A stretch of 64,000 bases of DNA, taken from contig JBCBZJ010000004.1 in the NCBI GenBank assembly GCA_039815375.1, positions 64,001 to 128,000 of the forward strand. Reading direction: 5' to 3'. Origin of the DNA: Verrucomicrobiota bacterium (GTDB taxonomy: Bacteria; Verrucomicrobiota; Verrucomicrobiia; Opitutales; Coraliomargaritaceae). The position numbers were made by a program, and so were the translations under genes. The notes beneath the pieces are model-generated. The model ran no database searches. It had not been told where the DNA came from and was given only the letters and a program-made list of their open reading frames with translations. Shown here piece after piece: positions 39,475 through 50,361 of this stretch. Every line of letters begins with the position of its first letter. Position 1 is the stretch's first letter.

Positions 39475-39694
39475 CCAATTGATAGATATTGCTTTAGAGT
39501 AAAGTTAGCCTTCATCGGTAGAAAAGGCTGAATTCCGAGCCACAAAAAAGCCCCGCTTATGGCGGGAAGCATACGGAACGGTAATGTTTCTAACTTAGAG
39601 CGATTAAAGATACCATTTTCGCCGCACAGAATCACTTATCGGTGCTACGATGCCGTGCCGACAGGCCACGAATCATTGACAGGCGTGCAAAGGC

Positions 39695-39709
39695 TGGCAC
39701 AACGGGTGC
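39695..39709 (+). promoter_or_regulatory. Possible sigma54 promoter upstream of eno
   Basis: TGGCAC-AACGG-GTGC, GG-N10-GC spacing, 62 bp before the ATG. Confidence 0.45.
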
Positions 39710-39732
39710 CTTTGTCCGCGATTGGCGGATAG

Positions 39733-41091
<1,359 letters not shown>

Positions 41092-41113
41092 TCGATCCGA
41101 GACCTACTTTTTC

Positions 41114-41149
41114 AAAAGGCCTGCTGGTTCATATCAGTAGGCCTTTTTT
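41114..41149 (+). terminator. Rho-independent terminator of eno
   Basis: AAAAGGCCTGCTGG-ttcata-TCAGTAGGCCTTTTTT. Confidence 0.9.
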
Positions 41150-41273
41150 CATGAATCGAAGTCCAAAACTGTATCGAAATTGAATTCTTCAAAAACCGAT
41201 TCCAATAAGACTCTACAGAACAAGTCTCATTTTTGACTTCTAAATACGAACTCTTAACTTCTATCGTCTTAAA

Positions 41274-41693
41274 ATGAACCTAGAAGAAAAGAAAGCAAAC
41301 CTCTTGGAGGAAATCACTTTGATTCCAGACGCCTACGAACGCCTGGGATATGTGGTTGAACAGGGAAAGAAGGCGGAAGGCCTGCCGGACGACCTGCGTA
41401 TCGACAGCTTTAAAATCGAAGGTTGCATGTCCTCCCTATGGGTCGTTCCGGAGTTTCGCGAGGGGCTCTGCTACTTCATCTCAGAGTCGGATTCGGCGAT
41501 CGTCAAAGGCATCGCTTCCCTGCTCTGCGACTTCTACAGCGAGGCTACACCGGAGGATATCGTTGCAAATGATGCAGACTTCCTTGGTGAAGTTGGCATT
41601 ACCCAGCACCTCTCTCCGAACCGCCGCAACGGCCTCAGCAGGATCGTCGAATCGATCCAGCGCTTTGCTAAGTCCTGCATGGCGGGGTCCTGA
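41274..41693 (+). CDS. sufE: Cysteine desulfuration protein SufE
   Basis: IEGCMSSLW, SDSAIVKG, HLSPNRRNGL. Confidence 0.93.
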   Translation: MNLEEKKANLLEEITLIPDAYERLGYVVEQGKKAEGLPDDLRIDSFKIEGCMSSLWVVPEFREGLCYFISESDSAIVKGIASLLCDFYSEATPEDIVANDADFLGEVGITQHLSPNRRNGLSRIVESIQRFAKSCMAGS

Positions 41694-41715
41694 TTCAAAA
41701 CGGGAAGTGAGGAAC

Positions 41716-42516
41716 ATGTCCCCGTCCTTCTATGACGCACATGTCCACTTGGCCTCACCCGTCCTTTCTCAGGAAATCAAGGGTTTATCGGCGGCTTACG
41801 ACACCATCAACCTGAATCGGGCTATTGTCGTCGGCACCTCACCGGATGACTGGGCTCAAGTTCTGGACCTTGCCGGCAGGGACAAGCGCTTCGTCCCTGC
41901 CGTGGGTTTGCATCCCTGGCATGTCAATGAAGTGCAAAACGATTGGCAGGGACGATTCCTCAGCTTTCTCGACAAAGGCATCTCCGTGATCGGAGAAATC
42001 GGGCTCGATCAATGGGTTGATCGATACGACATTGAGCTTCAAAGAGAAGCCTTCGAATACCAGCTTGCTGCCGCAACCGAGCGCAACCTGCCCACCTCGA
42101 TTCACTGCCTGAAGGCGCATCAGCCCCTAATGGAAGTCCTTCGAGGCATGGAACTGCCGAAGCGAGGTTTCAAGCTCCACGCCTACAACGGTCCAATCGA
42201 GACAATGAAACCCCTACTCGACCTTGGAGCACATTTCTCATTCAACGCCGGTCAGTTAAAACCAAATGCGAAAAGAGTTTGCGAACTCATCAAACTGGTG
42301 CCGGATGAACGCCTGCTTATTGAAACCGATGCCCCTGATTTCCTGCCACCTCGCGAATTACAGGAATTCCAGCTGGGGGATCCGAATCTTTGCCACCCCG
42401 CTAACATAAGGGCAGGATACCGGGCTTTGGCTACCCTCCGTGGTTGCCGCCTGGAGATTTTTGCAGAGAGTATTGGGAAAAATTTCTTACGCTACTTTAT
42501 GGATGAATTTGAATGA
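41716..42516 (+). CDS. tatD: TatD-family metal-dependent hydrolase
   Basis: DAHVHL, GLHPW, GEIGLD, SIHC, LLIETDAP; start at ATG 41716. Confidence 0.9.
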   Translation: MSPSFYDAHVHLASPVLSQEIKGLSAAYDTINLNRAIVVGTSPDDWAQVLDLAGRDKRFVPAVGLHPWHVNEVQNDWQGRFLSFLDKGISVIGEIGLDQWVDRYDIELQREAFEYQLAAATERNLPTSIHCLKAHQPLMEVLRGMELPKRGFKLHAYNGPIETMKPLLDLGAHFSFNAGQLKPNAKRVCELIKLVPDERLLIETDAPDFLPPRELQEFQLGDPNLCHPANIRAGYRALATLRGCRLEIFAESIGKNFLRYFMDEFE

Positions 42517-42946
42517 TATAGAACCACTGCCGCCTGTTCGAAAAAGAGACATTCTATATCGTGGAGCAAAGTGCCTTTGCCCGAACTGCGGTAAGTCTGA
42601 GATTTTTGAGAAGCCGCTGAAAATTCACCGTCGCTGCCCTGAGTGCGGCATGACTCTCGAGCGTGGCGACGGCTTTTTTCTCGGCCCGCTTTGCATAAAT
42701 TACGGCCTCGTCGCATTCTTCTATGTCGCGCCGCTGCTGCTATGTGGTTTTCTCTACGATTGGCTGGCACTGAAAGTGGCAATCCTCATCGCATTCATCG
42801 GGGGAGTCACGTTGCCTCTCATCCTGTATAAACGGACATGGGGCTTGTGGCTGATGGCCTATTACTTTTGCCTTCCCGACGAGCTACATGCCAATCGTCC
42901 TGAGGACAGCGATGACCTATCCTTTGAAGAAGAGAGCCGGCACTAG
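42503..42946 (+). CDS. DUF983-like zinc-ribbon membrane protein
   Basis: CPNCG…CPECG followed by DGFFLG and two TM helices. Confidence 0.8.
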   Translation: MNLNDIEPLPPVRKRDILYRGAKCLCPNCGKSEIFEKPLKIHRRCPECGMTLERGDGFFLGPLCINYGLVAFFYVAPLLLCGFLYDWLALKVAILIAFIGGVTLPLILYKRTWGLWLMAYYFCLPDELHANRPEDSDDLSFEEESRH

Positions 42947-42953
42947 GATTTGT

Positions 42954-43721
42954 CTACTCCTTGACCGCAGCACGGCGGAATTGAGTATAGCCATTCCTGA
43001 TCGAACTGTAGGGATCGATTGCCGGACCCTTGAGCTGCTCATAAAGCTCCATGATTGATGGGCTCGATACTGTAAATTCAGTAACTCCCAAAATGAAGCC
43101 AGGCTCCCATCCCCAATTCCAGTTATCCTCGTCAGTCAAGTCGAACGGCTGTTGCAGCGGATTCACTGCACGATCTCCGATGTAACCGGCAAGGTCTCTT
43201 AAATTAGATGGCCCAAGAAGAGGGAGGACGAGATAGGGGCCCTCGCCGATACCCCAACTGCCAAAGGCTTGTCCCATGTCTTCCGGTGGAATTGATTCGA
43301 GCATCTTGATTTCGTCGGCAGGTGTCGCAAGTCCAAGCGAGCAACCGGTGTTCACCACAAAACGACCGGTCTCCACTGCCGCTCCCTTGACTCTTCCCTG
43401 CAGAAGATTTGCTGCCAAGCGGACAGGATACTTTAAGTTATAGAAGAAATTGTCCGCGCCATCTTCAACTGGATCGGGTGTGACAGCCTGATAGCCATCT
43501 GCCAGCGGTCCCACTAAATTCACATAAACGAAATCGTTAAACCGGAATGTGTAGCGGTTGAAGGATTCGAAGGGATCGCTGACCGGAGCACCTTCTGATA
43601 TCTCTTCATCGTAGAGATCCTCATCAGTCAGGAAATCTTCGTCAGCAGACGCTGGTCCAGCGACAAGGCACAGCCCAATACCTACAAGTAATAAACGTGG
43701 ATCAAATGTTAATTTCTTCAT
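42954..43721 (-). CDS. mlaA: MlaA/VacJ-family protein
   Basis: DPFESFNR, NLLQG, GRFVVN, EDMGQAFGSWGIGEGPYLVLPLLGPSNLRD, DPYSSIRNGY. Confidence 0.93.
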   Translation of the reverse strand: MKKLTFDPRLLLVGIGLCLVAGPASADEDFLTDEDLYDEEISEGAPVSDPFESFNRYTFRFNDFVYVNLVGPLADGYQAVTPDPVEDGADNFFYNLKYPVRLAANLLQGRVKGAAVETGRFVVNTGCSLGLATPADEIKMLESIPPEDMGQAFGSWGIGEGPYLVLPLLGPSNLRDLAGYIGDRAVNPLQQPFDLTDEDNWNWGWEPGFILGVTEFTVSSPSIMELYEQLKGPAIDPYSSIRNGYTQFRRAAVKE

Positions 43722-44316
43722 CTAAGTTCTCTTTGGATAGTAATTCTTCGAGTTTACTAATCAATTCCTTACCATCACCCTTACGAAAATGGTCGTCAAT
43801 TTGTTCGCGGTAGTTGGAGACGACACTGATGTCCTCCGCGACGATATCGTAGATCTGCCAGCCGGACTGCAACTTGCCGAGGCGATAGAGAACCTTGATT
43901 GCCTGCCCGTCCAAAACGATGGTTGAAGGGATCTCCGCGCGCTTTTCAGAAACCGACACCAGCTTGCCAAGCTTAACCACCGGGCGGTCTTTACCATTCA
44001 TTCCACTAACATAGGCCTTAACCACCAATTGCTTCACGAGTTCCAATACACGCTCTTGCTCCGGTGGACTCATCAAATTCCAATTCCGCCCGATTGCGCG
44101 GCGAATGATCACAGTCAGGTCATATTCCGCCTCGATAACTTTGCGCACGCGGGCCTGTTTTTGCTCAGCTGTATTCTCGAGGTAAGGCTCGCCATAGATT
44201 GCCTCAATTGCGGCATCAATCACCGTGTTTAAGCGCTCTACTTCGCCAGTGCTCCCATTGACAATCGAAAGGCTGACTGTCAGATAAACCAAAAGAGCTG
44301 AAAGGTATTTCTTCAT
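43702..44316 (-). CDS. mlaC: Periplasmic phospholipid-binding protein MlaC
   Basis: Signal peptide; RAIGRNW, WQIYDIVAEDISVVSNYREQ. Confidence 0.9.
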   Translation of the reverse strand: MKKYLSALLVYLTVSLSIVNGSTGEVERLNTVIDAAIEAIYGEPYLENTAEQKQARVRKVIEAEYDLTVIIRRAIGRNWNLMSPPEQERVLELVKQLVVKAYVSGMNGKDRPVVKLGKLVSVSEKRAEIPSTIVLDGQAIKVLYRLGKLQSGWQIYDIVAEDISVVSNYREQIDDHFRKGDGKELISKLEELLSKENLDEEINI

Positions 44317-44334
44317 CGTTTGTTCTGATAGAGA

Positions 44335-44793
44335 TTATTCTTCATCATCGTCTATTCCACCAAGAGCGAAACGGCTAATCAAGCCTTCGATATCCATTGC
44401 CGCTTCGGTATCGACAATCAAGTCCCCGGGTTCGAGGGCAAATCCGGAGCCACCCGGTGAGAGTTCGATGAAGCGATCACCAATCAGGCCGGCTGTCTTA
44501 ACGGAGGCAATCGTATCATCATCCAACTGGAGACTCTTTGGCAGCTCCAGAGTAACAATCGCATAAAACGCTTCATTCAGAACAATGTCCTTAACCGTCC
44601 CGACTCGGACACCTGCAATCTCTACTCGGCTACCGGGATTCACACCAGCTGCACTTGAGAAACGTGCCTCCAATTCGTAGCTATCGCGGCTAAAGAAACC
44701 TGCACTACCAACCTGAATAGCCAGATACAGGACTGCAACCAAGCCCGCCAACACAAAGCAGCCCACGAGAAATTCAATTTTACGATTATTCAT
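44335..44793 (-). CDS. mlaD: MCE protein MlaD
   Basis: IEFLVGCFV, VEIAGVRVGTV, ASVKTAGLIGDRFIELSPGG. Confidence 0.93.
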   Translation of the reverse strand: MNNRKIEFLVGCFVLAGLVAVLYLAIQVGSAGFFSRDSYELEARFSSAAGVNPGSRVEIAGVRVGTVKDIVLNEAFYAIVTLELPKSLQLDDDTIASVKTAGLIGDRFIELSPGGSGFALEPGDLIVDTEAAMDIEGLISRFALGGIDDDEE

Positions 44794-44803
44794 CTCTGTA
44801 AGA

Positions 44804-45547
44804 TCATACCGACCGTCCGAATGTAGCCTTGTTCAAAAAGCCTGCAAGCGCGGACTCGGCCTCCGTGTCGAGGACCTCAGGTGCTCCAAAGAACTTAATT
44901 CTACCCTCGTCCAACCATGCCACTCGATCGCTGATTTCAAACACTTCCGGAATATCATGGCTGACCAACAGAGCGGTAAAACCAAAGCGTTGACGATAAT
45001 CGGCAATCATCTCGAAGACACCGAACTTTCGTTCAGGGTCCAGACCAGTCGTCGGTTCATCGAAAAGCACGATCTGGGGATTCGTGACCAATGCACGGCC
45101 CAGAGCGACGCGTTTCTTCATCCCGCCGGAAAGCTCTCCAGGGTAACGATTCGCGGCATCACTTAACTCCAGTTGCTCAAGCATGGCCTCTACCTTTTCT
45201 CGAGTCTCCGTAGGCTTCAGCCGAGTCGCTTCATTCAACGGCAGGGCAATATTGTCGTAGGCCGTCAGGGAGTCAAAGAGCGCATTGTTTTGGAACATAT
45301 AGCTAAAGACAGGAACCCCTGCACCCGCCTGATTGCTATAGTCGATCGGTCGCCCATTCAATTCGATTTGACCGGTATCCGGCTCGAGCAAATTCGCGAT
45401 ACATTTGAGAAGGACAGATTTGCCAATACCACTCTTACCGATGATCGTCGTAACCGAGGCTTCAGCTACATCCAGATCAATCCCATCAAGCACCCGGTTT
45501 TCTCCGAAATGCTTTTTCAAGCCGCGAATCTTCAAGTTGGCTTTCAT
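44804..45547 (-). CDS. mlaF: ABC ATPase MlaF
   Basis: GKSGIGKS, FQNNALFDS, LSGGMKKRV, LFDEPTTGLDP. Confidence 0.93.
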   Translation of the reverse strand: MKANLKIRGLKKHFGENRVLDGIDLDVAEASVTTIIGKSGIGKSVLLKCIANLLEPDTGQIELNGRPIDYSNQAGAGVPVFSYMFQNNALFDSLTAYDNIALPLNEATRLKPTETREKVEAMLEQLELSDAANRYPGELSGGMKKRVALGRALVTNPQIVLFDEPTTGLDPERKFGVFEMIADYRQRFGFTALLVSHDIPEVFEISDRVAWLDEGRIKFFGAPEVLDTEAESALAGFLNKATFGRSV

Positions 45548-46324
45548 CTAGAGCAAGAAAGAGGTGATCAGATAGTCAGCGGCAAGGACTCCTACGCTCG
45601 ACCAGACGACTGCACGAGTCGCCGATTCGCTCACACCGCGCACGCCCGGGAAGGAAGCCTTTCGGTGGGTATTGAATCCACGATAGGCACAAACGGAGAT
45701 CGTTAGTAGGCCGAATACCAAAGCCTTGATGAAGCCACCCCGCACATCCGCCCAAGTTACGCTTTCAAAGACTCGGTTCCAATAAACGCCAGCATCGACG
45801 TTGAGTAGAACCGAACCCGTCAAATAGCCGCCAACTATACCGATCAAGTCAAACGCCGCGGTTAAGATCGGATAACAGATCAGAGCTGCGACAAGCCGAG
45901 GGCCGACGAGGTAGCCCTTAGGGTCGATACTCATAGTCGAAAGTGCATCAATCTGCTCGTCATTACGCTGGATGCCGAGCTCGGACGACATTGCAGAGCC
46001 AGCCTGACCCACAATCATCAAGGCGGTCAAAACCGGTCCGAGTTCTCGTATCAGAGCAAGTGCTACGGCAGTGCCAAGAGCCGACTCTGCACCAAACTTT
46101 ACCAGTGTGTAATAAAGCTGTAGGCCCATGACCAAACCGGTAAACAAACCTACCGTTAACACAATCGGCGTGCAGCGGACACCAATTTCATGAATCGCGC
46201 TCACCAACTTGGCCAAACGATGGCGCTGCGAGCCGTAGCCTTTCAGCGACAAAAAGCCAAATACACTGATTTCGCCCAACTCGTGGACGATAGCCAGTGC
46301 GGCACTGCCAAATGTGCGAATCAT
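45548..46324 (-). CDS. mlaE: ABC permease MlaE
   Basis: IRELGPVLTALM, SELGIQRNDEQIDAL, GVSESATRAVV. Confidence 0.93.
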   Translation of the reverse strand: MIRTFGSAALAIVHELGEISVFGFLSLKGYGSQRHRLAKLVSAIHEIGVRCTPIVLTVGLFTGLVMGLQLYYTLVKFGAESALGTAVALALIRELGPVLTALMIVGQAGSAMSSELGIQRNDEQIDALSTMSIDPKGYLVGPRLVAALICYPILTAAFDLIGIVGGYLTGSVLLNVDAGVYWNRVFESVTWADVRGGFIKALVFGLLTISVCAYRGFNTHRKASFPGVRGVSESATRAVVWSSVGVLAADYLITSFLL

Positions 46325-46908
46325 AGAAAGTAAGTAAGCAAAAAGTCGGAGACCATATGCAGTTGCTTGCTTAACTGCACAAATGGATTCCTAGATTGCA
46401 GATCGTGTATATGAGATGCATGAGCTGAATATATCTGCCAAGACGCAAATTGCTCATATTTTTTGAGGAGCCTACCTGCAGATAATAAAAAAGAACTACG
46501 AAAACATGGAGTGCTATAAGATCACTCTCTGGAAAGACTCAGCCGACGAAGCTTTTCAGATTTTTTTAAATCAGTGCATTTTTTTCGCGCGAGGCCAATT
46601 CTTGAGCTGTCGTTTACGTGGAATGATATCGGAGCCCAATGGTAGAAATCCCGGCGCAAACTAGCTCGAAATGGCAATTCATCTTCGTATGTTTTGCTCT
46701 GTCGTTCTTCGTATAAAGGCTCATCCGAAGCTGCAGATTACTCGGCCGGTCAAAATAAAAAATTCCGTCTGAGCAGTGCAAAATGCCGATAAACACTAGC
46801 CCTACGGCCGACTCAGAGCAGTCGACAGACCCGAACTACTCTGACATGTCGCCCGTTCCGCAAGACGGGCTTGCCACGGACAGGCGCCGCTCTGCTGCGC
46901 GCGCCGAA

Positions 46909-46983
<75 letters not shown>

Positions 46984-47041
46984 TCGAAGGGGCAGGACAG
47001 TAGGATTCGCCTGAAGTCCGTCAAGCATGTGATTGAAGAAA

Positions 47042-48646
47042 TTATTGAGCAGGATTAAGCAGCGCAAGAACCGTCTCGAGCTTGTCGGCCTCGGATACCG
47101 GCTTATCCCGCCGCCAGCGATGAATGCGTGGAAAGCGCACCGCAATACCCGATTTATGTCGTTTCGATTCAGCAATGCCTTCGAAAGCGATCTCAAAGAC
47201 CAGCTCGGGCTCGACGACACGCACCGGGCCATGGCTTTCCAGCGTGTGCTGGCGTATCCAGCGGTCGACTTCTCGAATCTCTTTGTCGGAAAGCCCTGAA
47301 TAAGCCTTTGCAAATGGCACCAATTCTCCATCGCGCCAAATCGAAAAGGTATAGTCCGTATAAAGCCCGGCTCGGCGGCCATGCCCCTGCTGGGCGTAAA
47401 CCATGACTGCATCGACCGTGTAGGGATCTACTTTCCATTTCCACCATTCACCTTTCCTTCGCCCGGCAAAGTAGGCGGAGGATTTCATCTTCAACATCAA
47501 GCCCTCAACCCGGAGCACACGGGAACGTTTCCTTTCCTCGGCGACTTGTTGCCAGGATCCGGCTTCGATGAGAGGTGATAACCGGAACGATTCCCGATCG
47601 AGTGATGCAAATTGCTCCAGCAATTCCCTGCGCCGACTCGTCGGTGACTGGCGTAAATCTTCGCCTTTCAATTCAAGAAGATCATAGGCCATGAAGACCA
47701 CAGGCACCTCCTTGCGCAACTTTGGACCGACTTTCTTTCTACCGAGCCGACGCTGCAGCTCGGAAAACGGGGCAGGTGCATCGCCATCCCAAGCCAGCAA
47801 CTCCCCGTCGAGCACAACATGCTCCGGCCAGTTCCGGGCAGATTCAACGACTTCAGGAAACTGCTCGCCAACCAATTCCTCACCGCGCGACCAGAGTAAG
47901 ACCTCACTTCCCCGTTTAATGAGCTGTGCGCGGATGCCGTCCCACTTCCATTCGATCTGCCAGTCTTCTGCAGCACCGAGTTCCTCGATCGGTTTATCAT
48001 CCAGAGGATACGCCAGACAAAACGGATAAGGTCGCGAAGTATCTTCCTCGGCGGAATCCGGTTCCAGCAAGGCCCGGTATCGCGCAGCCTCAGGCTTCCA
48101 ATCTCCCATCAAACGATGCGCCATCGTAGCCGGTTCGACACCTGCCAATTCCGCAAGTGCCCGATTCACCAAGGTCTTGCTCACCCCAACGCGGAAGCCC
48201 CCGGTGATCAGCTTGTTAAAAACGAAGCAGGCATCGCCTTCCAAACTGTTCCAGTTCGCCGCAATGCTCTCGCGCTGCTCGCTTACCTCAAGGTCCTTTA
48301 GAGGCAGAAGCTTCTCCTCAACGAGTCGATGCAATGGGAGGTCCTTCTCCGGCTCTGCCATAACTTCGCGACTGGCCAGGAGCAGGGCTAGCGTCTCTGC
48401 CAAGTCTCCAACATGGCCATAGCATTCCTCCACCATCCAGAGCGGGTATCCGCATGACTCTGCTGCCCACTCGCGGAGATCGCCTGTCTTCACGATTCGT
48501 TTAAGACGCTTTCCGGTCAGAAAATAGACCGCCCAGGCAGCATCCTTGTCGGGAACATCGGAAAAATACCGCTTCAACGCTGCCAGCTTGCTTGTCGTCC
48601 GGTTCGACGCATCCAGCTCCATGTAGAGTTCTGTGAAGCGTTTCAT
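47042..48646 (-). CDS. ATP-dependent DNA ligase
   Basis: EWKWDGIRAQ (KxDG), VLDGEL, FMAYDLL, EGLMLK, WWKWK, AVRFPRIHRWR. Confidence 0.95.
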   Translation of the reverse strand: MKRFTELYMELDASNRTTSKLAALKRYFSDVPDKDAAWAVYFLTGKRLKRIVKTGDLREWAAESCGYPLWMVEECYGHVGDLAETLALLLASREVMAEPEKDLPLHRLVEEKLLPLKDLEVSEQRESIAANWNSLEGDACFVFNKLITGGFRVGVSKTLVNRALAELAGVEPATMAHRLMGDWKPEAARYRALLEPDSAEEDTSRPYPFCLAYPLDDKPIEELGAAEDWQIEWKWDGIRAQLIKRGSEVLLWSRGEELVGEQFPEVVESARNWPEHVVLDGELLAWDGDAPAPFSELQRRLGRKKVGPKLRKEVPVVFMAYDLLELKGEDLRQSPTSRRRELLEQFASLDRESFRLSPLIEAGSWQQVAEERKRSRVLRVEGLMLKMKSSAYFAGRRKGEWWKWKVDPYTVDAVMVYAQQGHGRRAGLYTDYTFSIWRDGELVPFAKAYSGLSDKEIREVDRWIRQHTLESHGPVRVVEPELVFEIAFEGIAESKRHKSGIAVRFPRIHRWRRDKPVSEADKLETVLALLNPAQ

Positions 48647-49692
48647 TCGCCGGAAGCCTTCTCCTCATTTCCAACCGCCTCGCCAATAAAGCGCGTCGGC
48701 ACTTCAAACGCATCCAAGCCGCGATTTTCTTTTAGCCACCGAATCAATGGAGCCGCATAACCATGAGTCACACCAATCCGACTGGCACCGCTGGCCTCGA
48801 TAGTTGAGAGAATGCCGCTCCAGTCGACATGATCCGATAGAACGAAACCCCGGTCGAGTGCCTGCCGTCGGCGCGCACCACGCACCGCCATCCAACCTGA
48901 TGCAAAGGACAGCGAGTATGGCGCGAAGCGTCGAATCCATGGTGTATTCTGAGCAGATCCGGGAGCCACAATCAGGCCGCGGCCTTTTAACACATCCTGC
49001 ATCTCTGCTCCGGCTTTCACCGTTGCGGGAATAGGCCGGCCAGCCGCGCGATAGTGAGGCAGCATTTTATCGACTGAACCATGAACGCCGATCGGCCCGA
49101 TCGAAGCGTCAATCCCACAAAGCACACGCTGAGCTTTACCCAGCGCATAGGCAAACAAGATGCTGGTGCGCCCTTCCTTCTGATTCCCCTGCCACCACTC
49201 ATTAATTTGCCGAAAGACTTCTTGCGGCTCCGGCCAGCGATAGACCGGTAGCCCGAACGTCGATTCCGTGATCAGCGTATCACAACGCACCGACTCGAAG
49301 GCTTCACAGGAGGTATCCGAAGCATTCTTATAATCTCCGGTGACGACCCAGATCTCACCTTTATACTCAATCCGTATCTGCGCCGACCCGAGCAGGTGAC
49401 CCGCAGGATGAAACGAAACCTCCACCTCACCAATCCGCCTTTTCTCTCCAAAGGCGATGCCTTCGATCGGCGATTTTTCACCGATTCGCTCACGCAGGAC
49501 ACCGAGACCACTCGCTGCTGCCAGATAGGCCCCCATCCCACTCCTGGCATGGTCGCTGTGTGCATGCGTGATCAGCGCTCGACTTACATTGCGCCATGGG
49601 TCGATGTAAAAATCGCCCGCCGCGCAATAGAGCCCATTCACTGTGACCCGAACCAAGGGGCTTGTTGTTGACCTAACTATCACGACCCACAC
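48643..49692 (-). CDS. Ligase-associated DNA damage response exonuclease (metallo-beta-lactamase/beta-CASP-like)
   Basis: GDFYIDPW, ITHAHSDHAR, PAGHLLGSAQ, ITESTFGLP, YALGKAQR, LSDHVDW; GTG 49692 has GAGG 8 nt upstream; ATGA-coupled to the ligase. Confidence 0.92.
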   Translation of the reverse strand: MWVVIVRSTTSPLVRVTVNGLYCAAGDFYIDPWRNVSRALITHAHSDHARSGMGAYLAAASGLGVLRERIGEKSPIEGIAFGEKRRIGEVEVSFHPAGHLLGSAQIRIEYKGEIWVVTGDYKNASDTSCEAFESVRCDTLITESTFGLPVYRWPEPQEVFRQINEWWQGNQKEGRTSILFAYALGKAQRVLCGIDASIGPIGVHGSVDKMLPHYRAAGRPIPATVKAGAEMQDVLKGRGLIVAPGSAQNTPWIRRFAPYSLSFASGWMAVRGARRRQALDRGFVLSDHVDWSGILSTIEASGASRIGVTHGYAAPLIRWLKENRGLDAFEVPTRFIGEAVGNEEKASGE

Positions 49693-49730
49693 CTTAACGA
49701 CCTCAATAGACAAATCAACTTTGCCTCGAA

Positions 49731-50351
49731 ATGGACACCACACTGGTCCTCATCCTAACTCCATTCATCACCGCTGCCATCGGCTGGTTTACAAACTGGG
49801 TCGCCATCCGGATGCTCTTCCATCCGAGAGAGCCGCTGCGTCTCTTCTTTTGGAAGTGGCAGGGGCTTATTCCTCGGCGCCAGAAGCAGCTCGCAGCAGA
49901 AGCTGCAGAAATCATCGAACGCGAAATCATGCAACAGCACATGATCGTCAACGAGATCAAGAAGATCGACTTAGGGCCCTATCTTGAAGAAGCCGCCCAC
50001 AAAGTCGTCTGGAACAGAATTGGGCCACAACTTCAGGCTATTCCACTGCTCGGCAGCTTCATCAACGAAGGCATCCTCGCGAAGTTCGAAGTGATCGCCG
50101 CATCCTCAATGAAGGAAGAAGCCGGGCAACTGATGGAAAAAGTCGCCACTGAATTCGAGGCCTCTGTCAGTCTCAAACAACTGATCGAGGACAACATCGC
50201 CGCCTTTGACCTGGTTCGCCTTGAAGAGATCGTCAATCAAGTTGCCAGACGGGAGTTCCGGACTATTGAGCGACTGGGTGCTTTCCTCGGTTTAGTCATT
50301 GGATGTGCACAAGTCGCACTGCTAACCGCCACCGGCACTATTCAATTTTAG
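49731..50351 (+). CDS. DUF445-family protein
   Basis: IGWFTNWVAIRMLFHP, QGLIPRR, EFRTIERLGAFLGLVIG. Confidence 0.88.
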   Translation: MDTTLVLILTPFITAAIGWFTNWVAIRMLFHPREPLRLFFWKWQGLIPRRQKQLAAEAAEIIEREIMQQHMIVNEIKKIDLGPYLEEAAHKVVWNRIGPQLQAIPLLGSFINEGILAKFEVIAASSMKEEAGQLMEKVATEFEASVSLKQLIEDNIAAFDLVRLEEIVNQVARREFRTIERLGAFLGLVIGCAQVALLTATGTIQF

Positions 50352-50361
50352 TTATTGAAAC

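Noticed and set aside
39544..39566. Hairpin with A-run oriented as a minus-strand terminator, with no minus-strand gene
   Set aside because: Short stem; it could simply be the 3' hairpin of the uronate operon, which is too little evidence for an antisense sRNA.
46358..46379. TGCAGTT-N8-AACTGCA inverted repeat upstream of mlaE
   Set aside because: Only 7-bp arms, a single copy and no cognate regulator nearby; may be chance.
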